The notes under the pieces were generated by a model that ran no database searches, had not been told where the DNA came from, and saw only the letters and a list, made by a program, of their open reading frames with translations. This document shows positions 36,362-45,434 of a stretch of 64,000 nt of DNA, in pieces. The stretch is from a candidate division WOR-3 bacterium (GTDB lineage: Bacteria > Hydrothermota > Tepidihabitantia > Tepidihabitantales > Tepidihabitantaceae). The stretch's first letter is position 1. Every line of letters begins with the position of its first letter. The stretch spans positions 64,001 to 128,000 of the forward strand of contig CBFGKH010000005.1 of the NCBI GenBank assembly GCA_965649295.1, read 5' to 3'. Both the position numbers and the translations under genes were made by a program.

Positions 36362-37117
36362 TCAGGGCAACCGGGCAACAGCGATGAGCGATGAGCCGAT
36401 GGGAATGTTGACTGACCGTAGCACCATCCGTTCGACTGTCATCATGAGGCCGAACAGGGCATTGAAGGGGCCAAGTGGCGGTCTGACGCTATATTCGGTC
36501 CGCTGCCGACCGGTAAGGCCGAGCCTGAGCCGGTCAGCGCTCCGCTGCAGAATGAGCAAGGGCAGAAGCAGGCTTGTGTAATAGGAGATGCGTTCAACAA
36601 CGAATCCGGCAGTCTCCAGTTTCTGGACAAGGTCGCCTTGGGTGTAGCGTCGAAAGTGGTGGAGTAGGACATCGTGGTCGCTCCAGAGCCAGGGCAGGGC
36701 TGGTACGGTTATGAGGAGAAACCCTTTCGGGGTAAGCAGGCCGCGGGCAGCGGCCAGGGCCGCAGTGTCGTGCTCGATGTGTTCGAGGACATCGAGCATT
36801 GTGATGATATCGAACTGTTCGCCAAGCGGAACCTGCTCTGGAAAACTCGCCAGCCGGATGTCAATGCCCAGCCTCGCTTGTGCGAGCTCGACTGTTGTCC
36901 CATCTGATTCGAGCACGAGTACGTTGCCGAAACGATGCAGTTCCTTAGGGATGAGCGAGCAGGCGCCACCGATGTCAAGAATTCGCCGGTTGTTGCTACC
37001 AGGATTGAGCAGAGTAATGTAGCGTTCAACCCATTCTAGGACGAGCCGGCGTTTGCTGACGCGCCAGAAGTGGCCCTGCTCGAGTTCGAAGAAGCGGTCG
37101 TAGGCTGAGCGGTCCAT
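36362..37117 (-). CDS. class I SAM-dependent methyltransferase
   Basis: E..HFWR, ILDIGG, FDIITMLDVLEHI, ITVPA..LWS.HD...HHFRRY; start ATG 37117 inferred from promoter position. Confidence 0.88.
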   Translation of the reverse strand: MDRSAYDRFFELEQGHFWRVSKRRLVLEWVERYITLLNPGSNNRRILDIGGACSLIPKELHRFGNVLVLESDGTTVELAQARLGIDIRLASFPEQVPLGEQFDIITMLDVLEHIEHDTAALAAARGLLTPKGFLLITVPALPWLWSDHDVLLHHFRRYTQGDLVQKLETAGFVVERISYYTSLLLPLLILQRSADRLRLGLTGRQRTEYSVRPPLGPFNALFGLMMTVERMVLRSVNIPIGSSLIAVARLP

Positions 37118-37127
37118 TGTTTTCATC

Positions 37128-37155
37128 ATTGTAGCGCCAGTCATGATACTGTCAA
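37128..37155 (-). promoter_or_regulatory. promoter of methyltransferase (short or no leader)
   Basis: minus strand TTGACA, 16 nt, gcTACAAT, 10 nt, ATG. Confidence 0.65.
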
Positions 37156-37581
37156 AGCGGGCTGGTGCCGATACTGGCGTTGGCATAGCAGTTCTAGAAC
37201 AGCATGGGCAACGACACCGGTAATAGCCCTGTCAACGCCGGTGCCGGTACTGGTGCCAGAATTGGGCATAACACTTTTGGTGGCAACTGCTTAGTCGGCT
37301 CATCTCTCGCGCTGGCCGGCGAATCGCCCCTGACAGCCGGGCCGGTTTCGGCCAAGCCAACGCACAGGGAATGGTCAGACGCCAATCTGGCGGGCCGGGC
37401 AAAGGGTTCGGGCAATCTCCAGGCCGGATGCTGTTGCGAAGGCTGGGCCTAGGGCCTGTGGTAAGGGTGAGGGGGACGGCCCCCGTACGGCCCAGGGCAC
37501 GGTGATAGCCGGGTCCCGAGCCATAGTGTCACCCGTGCACCTCGGCAACAGGGGCGTTGAGGTTTAGGTCTGCCAAACTGC

Positions 37582-37610
37582 TTGACTGGGCATAACCGGA
37601 GTTCTATACT
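37582..37610 (+). promoter_or_regulatory. promoter of giant cargo operon with ~200-nt leader
   Basis: TTGACT, 17 nt, TATACT. Confidence 0.7.
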
Positions 37611-37816
37611 GGGTTGCGGTTCCTCAGCTTGCGGGTCGGCAACACCAGCGGGCACCAGGTGTCGGTGTTGAAGTCTGGTTCAGCATCGTGATTCCGACCG
37701 ACCTTCTCCATCGGCCCGGGCGGCCGCCTGGGTTACCTACCGAAGCAAGGCATAATCAGTTGAGAGGTCAGCGGCCGAGCGCAGCCGCCTGACTAACGGC
37801 TGTCAAGGAGGATTGT

Positions 37817-40804
37817 ATGAAGCGTAGTCGTTGTGGCAGTGTCGCCATGCTTGGTTTGGGATCACTACTGCTGCTGGTTGGTTCTGCGGCGGCCCAGATC
37901 CCGGTCTGGGGTGTGTCCTACAGTGGGCCTGGAGTTGTGAGTGGCTGGGATGAAGCGGTAGCCATTGCGCGAACGCCTGACTCGTGCGTGGTTGTCACTG
38001 GCTTTGCCCAGGCTGAAGAGGGTGTCGTCAAGTATGATGTGATTCAAACCATCAAGTACCGGTGTGACAGCGGAACGGTTGTCTGGGAACGGACTTGGTC
38101 GCTACTGTCTGGTGGCAGCTCGACCCAGAATCCGACGGCGCTGGCAGTTGACGATGCCGGGATGATCTACATCACCGGCTGGGTCTATGCGGCTGCAACT
38201 GGGACTGACACCGATCTGGTTGTTCTGAAGTATGAACCGGACGGCAATCTCGCTTGGGCCGTCACCTACGATTATGCGAGCCTGGGTGATGCCGGTACTG
38301 CCTTGGTGCCAGACCGGATGGGCGGCGTTTATGTGGCCGGGCGCTGTCGCAATCCTTTCAATAGCGACATCCTGACGATTCACTTCGATTCTGATGGTCA
38401 GAATCGCTGGTGGCACCGCAAGAATTCCTTCAACGGCAATGATTGGGCCACCGCGATTGCTCTCAGCCCGGCTGGCTGGCTCTACACCGCTGCGGTCTGC
38501 TGGCGTATCCCTTCAAACAGCCACGATTACTATCTCATCAAGTATGATACGACACTGGCTGCACATACCAACCCGAACGATTCGCCGTTTGTCTGGATCA
38601 AGGTGTATAGCGGGTCCGGCGCCGGCGGCTACGACGAGCCAGCGGCGGTCCTATGCGACTCAGCCGAGAATATCTATCTCACCGGTACTAGTTACGAAGG
38701 CATTACCAACTTTGACGGTACTACAATTAAGTATGCCGCTGACGGAACCCAGCTTTGGGTTAACAAGTTCGACGCTGGCCGTCTCGATGAGGACCGGGTG
38801 TACAAGCTCGTTGCTGGGCCGGGGGGCAGGGTCTATTGCGGCGGCTACACGAGCGACGGTAACTACTACAACTTCCTGTTCTATCCGATTGACGAGGTTG
38901 CTGGAGCGCCGTTTGTGCCCTGGTTTGTCAACCGCGACTACTTGACACTCGACGACACCGTCACTGCGCTGGCAGTGGACCAGGCTGGCTACCTGTTTGT
39001 TGCCGGAGCAGGCGTTGAAGGTGACCGCGGCACTACCGATTGGCTGCTCTTCAAGTATCGGCCAGACGGTACCAATGTCTGGTCAACCGATACCGGCAAT
39101 TTTGAGGCTGAGGACGTGCCCAACGCAATGGCGCTTGATGACTTGGGCGATGCCTACGTAACCGGCTACTTCGAGAACCAGCTTGGCGGTGGTCAATATG
39201 ACCTCGCCTGGATGACTATTAAGTATAGCGAGAAGGACGTTGGCGTTACCAGCGTCGTGCTGCCCGATGACAGTTTCCGAGTCGGTGCCCGGGTCAGCCC
39301 GAAGGCCTGGGTACGTAGCTACAGTGCCGCAACCCTGCGTTCGATTGACGTCACCTTCAATACCGGTGAGTGGTTACGCAGCACCAGCATCGAGAGTCTC
39401 TTGCCCTATGATTCGGTGCTGGTTACGTTCAACAGCAAGCTCTTTGAGCCGAGCGATGTCGGTCAGCACCGGGCTGTCTGCTACACGAGCCTGAGTGGTG
39501 ACGCTGATGTAGCAAATGACACGAGCCGTATCTGGTTTGAGGTTATTCCCGGTTGGGAGCGACTGGCTGATGTTCCGCGGGGCAGAAGAGAGCTGAAGGA
39601 CGGCACTGCTCTCACTTGTTTTGGTGATACGCTGGTCTATTGTCTGAAGGGAAGTGGCACGACCGAGTTCTACAAGTATCGGGTTGCGAACGATTCCTGG
39701 TACACGGTCGAGAGCATCCCCTATATCGGCCGCGATGCACGCAAGCGGGTCAAGGCCGGGTCGCAGCTGGCCGTTGACACGAGCGGTCACATCTACGCCT
39801 TCAAAGGTGGCAACTGTCCTGAGTTCTGGCGCTACTACCCTGATTCGGGAGCACTTGGCGTCTGGCAGCAGCTTGACGACCTGCCGCTTGGCACCAGCGG
39901 CAAGCGGATCAAAGGTGGGTCAGGGCTTGTCTATGTGCCGGCGCGGCGTGCTCTTTATGCCTTGAAGGGCAACAACACCGATGAGTTCTACTACTTCGAC
40001 GTTGCCCGAGACACCTGGCTGCCGCGGCGGTCGGTCATACCGGGCAGCCGTGGCTACAAGGTCAAGGACGGTTCGGCCATGGCCTATGATGGCGCCAATG
40101 CCATCTATCTGGTCAAGGGCAACTCGCTTGAACTGTATCGTTACAAGATTGCTCAGGATAGCTGGTACCAGCTCGACAACATTCCCTATAGCGCCATTGA
40201 CCCCAAGCGCCGCAAGTTCAAGAAAGGCGCTGGGCTTGTCTATGATGAGATTAACAACCGGCTCATCGCCGCCAAGGGCGGCAAAGGCCGCGAGCTGTGG
40301 GAGTTTGATATCACGATGGACACCTGGCGTGAGCTGCCGGAGACCGACATGATTCCTGCGCCGGTCGGCACCAAGCTGCCGTTTGGTGGCGCGGCAATGT
40401 GCGCGAGCAAGGGCAAGGTCTATGCGACCAAGGGCAACAAGAGCTATGAGTTCTGGCGCTACAATGCCGACCTGCCGTTCAATCCGCGGCTGCCCGGTCC
40501 GGGACCGATGACGGCTGGGACTGTTGGGTTGGTGCGGCTGGGCCTTGAGGCAGCGCCCAATCCGTTTGGTAGCAGCACGTTCCTGCGTTATTCACTACCG
40601 GTGCCTAGCAACGTTCGGATACTCCTTTACGATGTGATGGGCCGCATTGTGCGAGTTGTCGTTGACGAGTGGCAGGGTTCAGGCTTGCACGTCGTGCCGC
40701 TGGCGGCTAGTGGTCTTGCCCGCGGCGTCTATCTGGTTCGGCTGCGGGCCAGTGCCGAGGCCTTCTCTCTTGAGGGGACGCGAAAGATCACTGTCACCCG
40801 TTAG
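37817..40804 (+). CDS. exported SBBP-like propeller + CARDB-like Ig + basic Kelch-like propeller + T9SS type-A-like CTD
   Basis: signal; A.AVD..G.IYITG and KY..DG...W repeats; DVGVTSVVLP..NDT; six [YI]xxKG..xE[FL][WY]x[YF] repeats; PNPF..YDVMGR..GVYL..KITV. Confidence 0.85.
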   Translation: MKRSRCGSVAMLGLGSLLLLVGSAAAQIPVWGVSYSGPGVVSGWDEAVAIARTPDSCVVVTGFAQAEEGVVKYDVIQTIKYRCDSGTVVWERTWSLLSGGSSTQNPTALAVDDAGMIYITGWVYAAATGTDTDLVVLKYEPDGNLAWAVTYDYASLGDAGTALVPDRMGGVYVAGRCRNPFNSDILTIHFDSDGQNRWWHRKNSFNGNDWATAIALSPAGWLYTAAVCWRIPSNSHDYYLIKYDTTLAAHTNPNDSPFVWIKVYSGSGAGGYDEPAAVLCDSAENIYLTGTSYEGITNFDGTTIKYAADGTQLWVNKFDAGRLDEDRVYKLVAGPGGRVYCGGYTSDGNYYNFLFYPIDEVAGAPFVPWFVNRDYLTLDDTVTALAVDQAGYLFVAGAGVEGDRGTTDWLLFKYRPDGTNVWSTDTGNFEAEDVPNAMALDDLGDAYVTGYFENQLGGGQYDLAWMTIKYSEKDVGVTSVVLPDDSFRVGARVSPKAWVRSYSAATLRSIDVTFNTGEWLRSTSIESLLPYDSVLVTFNSKLFEPSDVGQHRAVCYTSLSGDADVANDTSRIWFEVIPGWERLADVPRGRRELKDGTALTCFGDTLVYCLKGSGTTEFYKYRVANDSWYTVESIPYIGRDARKRVKAGSQLAVDTSGHIYAFKGGNCPEFWRYYPDSGALGVWQQLDDLPLGTSGKRIKGGSGLVYVPARRALYALKGNNTDEFYYFDVARDTWLPRRSVIPGSRGYKVKDGSAMAYDGANAIYLVKGNSLELYRYKIAQDSWYQLDNIPYSAIDPKRRKFKKGAGLVYDEINNRLIAAKGGKGRELWEFDITMDTWRELPETDMIPAPVGTKLPFGGAAMCASKGKVYATKGNKSYEFWRYNADLPFNPRLPGPGPMTAGTVGLVRLGLEAAPNPFGSSTFLRYSLPVPSNVRILLYDVMGRIVRVVVDEWQGSGLHVVPLAASGLARGVYLVRLRASAEAFSLEGTRKITVTR

Positions 40805-40814
40805 GAGGACAGCG

Positions 40815-43800
40815 ATGTTCAGGACTAGTGCTGAAACCGGGCCGCGGATGGCCGGTTGCAATCGGATTCAGGGGGCGCGCTGGTGCGCGCCCCTGGTCTT
40901 GCTGCTGCTACTGCCCGTGGCAGCGCAGGCTGCTTTCCCAGATTCACTCTGGACAACGCTATATGAGGGCCCGCCGTCACCGCCTGCGCCCTGGCCGGTG
41001 ACATGCCGGGCTGCGGATGTAGTGGTTGATACCCTACGTAACCGCATCTATGTCTGTGGTTCAGGTGAGAGCCTGGGCTTGTCGCCACAAACTGACTATG
41101 CTAACATGGCTGTTGTTGCTTTTGACCTTGCCGGCAAGTTCAAGTGGGCTCAGTCTTACGGCGGCAACATAAACCAGGGTGCTTCTCCTGAAGACCTTGC
41201 CCAGGCGATTGCGGTTGACAGTGTCGGTAATGTCTGGGTAGTGGGCACGACCCAGAACCAGAGTCCGCGCTTTGAGGACATCAGTTGGTGCAAGTTCGAC
41301 TCGAACGGCAATAGTTTGCTCGGCTACTCCCCATGGCCGCCCTACATGCCCGGCTGGAAGTCACTCAGGAACGGCGCTGATTATGCATTCGATATTGTCA
41401 TCGGCACTACTGGTGCGGTCTATGTCTGCGGGGCGCACGATACGATGTACCAGGGACAGCAGCGCACCTGCCTGACTGTCGGCCGGCTCCATCCTGACTC
41501 CTGCCGCGCGCTCTGGTGGAAGGACACGGTGCTTGACATCAACGCTGACGGCAAGCGGCCCAGACGACAGCGAGACCGGTATCCGGGAATCCTGCCGTTT
41601 GGCCTCAACGGCGACCCTTACGCGTATAGTGATTTCGACAATGTCGCATTTGCGGCTGCTCCAACTCCAGATGGCGGAGTGGTTGTCACTGGGCTGGGCG
41701 AACATGACGTGACCGACTATGACTGGTTCACGGTCAAGCTCAATCCCGACGGTGTGATTCAGTGGGCAAGGCGCCGGTACGCGCTCCCAAGCCAATACGA
41801 GGACGTCGCGCTCGATGTGGCAGTGGCAACTGACGGAAACATCTATGTCTGCGGCTGGGTAACTGACCTCGCTGACGTGCAGATGTCGGTAGCATGTTAC
41901 AACTCTGCCGGCACCCTGATAGGTTTTTCGAATGGCACCAACAGTGGTGACGACTATGCGGTTGCCTTGGCCCTAGACCAGTCGTCGCCCGAGAAAGTCT
42001 ATGTCACCGCATACAACGAAGAAAACGACGTCATTATCACCCAGAAGTACACCCACAGCCTTACGCCGGTCTGGGGTCTGAACGGTGCGCTCTATGGTGA
42101 CGGCGCGGCGAACTATCCCCATGCGATTAGCTGTCGCGGCGACCGCGTCTATGTTACCGGCTGGTATGGCACTGATGATGTCACGCGCTTGACTGATGAC
42201 GTAATGGTGCTGTGCTACGATACGCTCAACCCGCCCGGCTCGTTGCCCAAGGACACGCTTTGGACCTGGGCCTGTGACGGACCTGATGCCGGCGACGAAG
42301 ACTTTGCTGCGGCGATTACTGTGCTCGATTCCGAGCGCATCTATGTTGCGGGCCAGTTCGGCCGCGAGGGTGATGTCTGGTCCAGTATGTTCCTTACGCG
42401 ACTCCGTCCGACCACCCGCGAGGTGTCAGTCGCACGGATTGTTCATCCCGGTGATACGATTCTTGTCGGCAGTCCGGTGACACCGCAGGTTTGGGTCAAG
42501 AGCGCACCGACCAGCAACGATACGTTTGTGAACTGCCGGGTAGTTCTCCTGATTGACGGTGGAGTGACCTATGCTGACACAGCCGTGGCGGCAGAGGTGC
42601 GGCCGGGAGAATCAACGCTCGTGAGTTTCGACCCTTGGGCCGCACCGACCCTGGGCCCCCATGTCGTGCGTTGTTCGGTTGAGGTGCGGCGCCACGATCC
42701 GATTCCGGCGAACAACGTGCTGATGAAGACTGTGATTGTTGCCGAGCTGGACGTGGCCTGCTCGCGGCTGGTCGGACCGTCCGGCGTGTATGACTCGGGG
42801 ACAGCGGTCGTGCCCCAGGCTTGGGTGAAGAACCTTGGCAACCTGAGTCAGAACTTTGGCGTGCGGATGGCTCTTGGCCAATTCTATGCCGACACGCAGA
42901 GCGTCACCCTAGCGCCGGCTGGTCAGCCGGGTGATAGTCTGCTTGTTTCGTTCAGGCCGGTGACACTCCAGCAGCGTGGTTCTTGGGCAGTTACTTGTTC
43001 GACGATGCTTGCCGGTGACCGGACAGCGACAAATGACTTCCAGCAGGAGTTGATTCGGGTGCGGGTGACCGATGCCCAGTTGCTCGCAGTAGTGTCGCCG
43101 CCAGAGACAGTATTCCTTGGCAGTGATGCTGAGCTGGCAGCTCGGTTCCGTAACGGTGGTACTGACACGGCTCAGTTCTGGACTTACTACCGTGTCGAAC
43201 AGGGAGGGGACAAGGGCAGCGGCAAGGTTTCGCAATCGCCAATTGCGATTAGTCGTCAGTTGCTCGCCGGTAGTGTTGACTCAGTCGTCTGCAACTGTTC
43301 GGCACTCGTAACGCTTGGGCCTTTGGCCGAGACAGTGGTGGTCTATGATACGTTACTCGGTCTGGCTGAGTTGGGTGAGTGGCAGCTAGGTGTGTCGTGT
43401 GTTTTGGCCGGTGACCAGCAGCCGGGCAACAATGCGATCAATCGAACGATGTTTGTCTATGAGCATGATGTTGCCTGTAGCCTAATCGTGGCGCCGACTG
43501 GCGAATATGACTCGGGAACACTGGTTACCCCGCAGGCTTGGCTTAGGAACCTAAGCAGTCAGAGCGAGACCTTCAACTGTTCGTTGGCGATAGGGTCCTA
43601 CTATGGCCGGGTGCGGAGTGTGACCCTGGCCGCTGCCGGGCAGGTTGGTGCGAGTCAGCTAGTTCAGTTTGATACGATACGGTTGCGGGTGCGCGGCCCG
43701 GCCGCGGTGCGCTGCCGGACAATGCTTGCTGGTGACCGGAATCCGAGCAACGACCTCGTGACCGGCTCAATCCGCGTGCGGGTGACTGACGCGGCAGTGA

Positions 43801-45416
43801 CAGCCATCCCGCAACCGCCAGAGACGGTCTTTGGTGGTGATGATGTGCAGTTCGCTGCAGTCGTGGCCAACCAGGGAACCGACGCCGCCGACATTCGCGC
43901 CTACTTCTGCGCGGTCTATGGTGGTGACACTGTTGCTTTCCTTGATTCAGTTGACCTCGTGGTCCAGCCGCTGGCCGATTCGGTTGTAAACTTCCGGACA
44001 ATAGCTGGTATCAACCGGCTCGGCGTCTGGCAGCTTGCAGCCTGGTGCCGGCTGGCTGGTGATCAGCGTCCGGAGAACGATACGTTCCGGGATATGCTGT
44101 TTGTCGGGCCGCCAGGCGGGATAGCCTGGCCGGCGGGCTGGTGGGAAGATGAGTCGCTGCCGCGTGGCAGCTCAAACAAGCTCATCAAGGCAGGCGGCGC
44201 GCTGGCAGTGATGGACAAAGGCGGCCGGCCGGTAATCTACGCCCTGAAGGGCAACAAGACAAACGAGTTCTACTCTTTTGACATCCTTGAGACCGACCCG
44301 CGAATGTGGCGGCCGCTGACCCCGGTTCAGCCTGGCCCTAGCGGCAGGCTGCCCGGCAACGGCGCTTGCCTTGCGACTGACAATCAGCGTTATGTCTATA
44401 TGGTCAAGGGCAATAACACGAGCGAGTTCTGGCGCTATGATACGCAGGACTCGACCTGGCTGCGACTGGAGAGCGTGCCGCCTGGGCCAAAGCGCACCCG
44501 AGTCAAGGGCGGTGGTGACATGGTCTATGTCAGCTATCGCGACTCCGGCTTCCTCTATTTGCTCAAGGGGATGAAGGACGAGTTCTATCGGTTCAACGTG
44601 CTGCGTGGAACCTGGGAGGGGCTTCCGGCAGCGCCGGCCGGCAGTCTCCCGAAATGGAACAAAGGCTCGTTCCTCGTGTATGACGGAGTGCAGACAATCT
44701 ACGCCTTGAAAGCGAAGAATGGCGAGCTTTGGCGCTTTGACGTTGCCCAAGGCCGTTGGGACCTTGGTGCCAATCTTGAGCCGATGCCGCTGATGAACAG
44801 CCGTAACCGTCGCAAGAAGCCGGGCGAGGGTGCGGCCGGAGCCTGGTATCAGGACGGCTTTTATGCCTTCAAGGGCGGCAACACCAATGAGCTGTGGCGT
44901 TATTATGCTGCCACTGATTCCTGGCGCGAATCGGATACGATCAAGCCGATTGGCCATACGATGCGTAAGAAGCTGGTCAAAGCCGGAGGAGACCTGGTTG
45001 AGGTCGGCTATGCGCTTTGGGCATTCAAGGGTAACAACACCAATGAATTCTGGCGCTATGGCATTCCGCTGGGAATGATGGCGCTGGGGCCGGCTGAACG
45101 TTCCGGCGCGCTAGCAGCAGGTCAGGTAGTTGGTGGCAGTTGGCGTTTCAATGTCGCGCCTAGTCTGCTCACTACTGGTCGCGCAACACTGACCTATGAT
45201 GCGCCAGTGCCGGCAGCAATCAGCCTGCGAGTGTATGATGCGTTGGGGCGGGTTGTTGCAGTACCGGTGGCAAATCTGTCGGTTCTGGGAAGCGGTAGTG
45301 TTGTACTTGACCTGACCAACCTGCCGGCCGGCTGCTACCTTGGTCGAATAAGCTGCCCAGGCGCAGGGCCGGATAGGGTGGTAAAGCTGGTCGTGCAAGC
45401 CGCAAACTCAAGGTAA
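40815..45416 (+). CDS. giant exported SBBP-like propeller + five CARDB-like Ig domains + basic Kelch-like propeller + CTD
   Basis: ATG 40815 after AGGAGG; signal ..PVAAQA; DVAC..P.G.YDSG..PQAW and GD...ND Ig repeats; six KG..E.WRY repeats; YDALGR..GCYL..KLVV. Confidence 0.85.
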   Translation: MFRTSAETGPRMAGCNRIQGARWCAPLVLLLLLPVAAQAAFPDSLWTTLYEGPPSPPAPWPVTCRAADVVVDTLRNRIYVCGSGESLGLSPQTDYANMAVVAFDLAGKFKWAQSYGGNINQGASPEDLAQAIAVDSVGNVWVVGTTQNQSPRFEDISWCKFDSNGNSLLGYSPWPPYMPGWKSLRNGADYAFDIVIGTTGAVYVCGAHDTMYQGQQRTCLTVGRLHPDSCRALWWKDTVLDINADGKRPRRQRDRYPGILPFGLNGDPYAYSDFDNVAFAAAPTPDGGVVVTGLGEHDVTDYDWFTVKLNPDGVIQWARRRYALPSQYEDVALDVAVATDGNIYVCGWVTDLADVQMSVACYNSAGTLIGFSNGTNSGDDYAVALALDQSSPEKVYVTAYNEENDVIITQKYTHSLTPVWGLNGALYGDGAANYPHAISCRGDRVYVTGWYGTDDVTRLTDDVMVLCYDTLNPPGSLPKDTLWTWACDGPDAGDEDFAAAITVLDSERIYVAGQFGREGDVWSSMFLTRLRPTTREVSVARIVHPGDTILVGSPVTPQVWVKSAPTSNDTFVNCRVVLLIDGGVTYADTAVAAEVRPGESTLVSFDPWAAPTLGPHVVRCSVEVRRHDPIPANNVLMKTVIVAELDVACSRLVGPSGVYDSGTAVVPQAWVKNLGNLSQNFGVRMALGQFYADTQSVTLAPAGQPGDSLLVSFRPVTLQQRGSWAVTCSTMLAGDRTATNDFQQELIRVRVTDAQLLAVVSPPETVFLGSDAELAARFRNGGTDTAQFWTYYRVEQGGDKGSGKVSQSPIAISRQLLAGSVDSVVCNCSALVTLGPLAETVVVYDTLLGLAELGEWQLGVSCVLAGDQQPGNNAINRTMFVYEHDVACSLIVAPTGEYDSGTLVTPQAWLRNLSSQSETFNCSLAIGSYYGRVRSVTLAAAGQVGASQLVQFDTIRLRVRGPAAVRCRTMLAGDRNPSNDLVTGSIRVRVTDAAVTAIPQPPETVFGGDDVQFAAVVANQGTDAADIRAYFCAVYGGDTVAFLDSVDLVVQPLADSVVNFRTIAGINRLGVWQLAAWCRLAGDQRPENDTFRDMLFVGPPGGIAWPAGWWEDESLPRGSSNKLIKAGGALAVMDKGGRPVIYALKGNKTNEFYSFDILETDPRMWRPLTPVQPGPSGRLPGNGACLATDNQRYVYMVKGNNTSEFWRYDTQDSTWLRLESVPPGPKRTRVKGGGDMVYVSYRDSGFLYLLKGMKDEFYRFNVLRGTWEGLPAAPAGSLPKWNKGSFLVYDGVQTIYALKAKNGELWRFDVAQGRWDLGANLEPMPLMNSRNRRKKPGEGAAGAWYQDGFYAFKGGNTNELWRYYAATDSWRESDTIKPIGHTMRKKLVKAGGDLVEVGYALWAFKGNNTNEFWRYGIPLGMMALGPAERSGALAAGQVVGGSWRFNVAPSLLTTGRATLTYDAPVPAAISLRVYDALGRVVAVPVANLSVLGSGSVVLDLTNLPAGCYLGRISCPGAGPDRVVKLVVQAANSR

Positions 45417-45434
45417 TGTCGCAAAGCGTCGGTC

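Noticed and set aside
37190..37580. RNase P RNA, tmRNA, SRP RNA or known riboswitch in this GC-rich gap
   Set aside because: I did not find hallmark sequences (e.g. GAGGAAAGTCC, the SRP GGAA loop motif, tRNA-like ends) on either strand by eye. An Rfam scan would be decisive.
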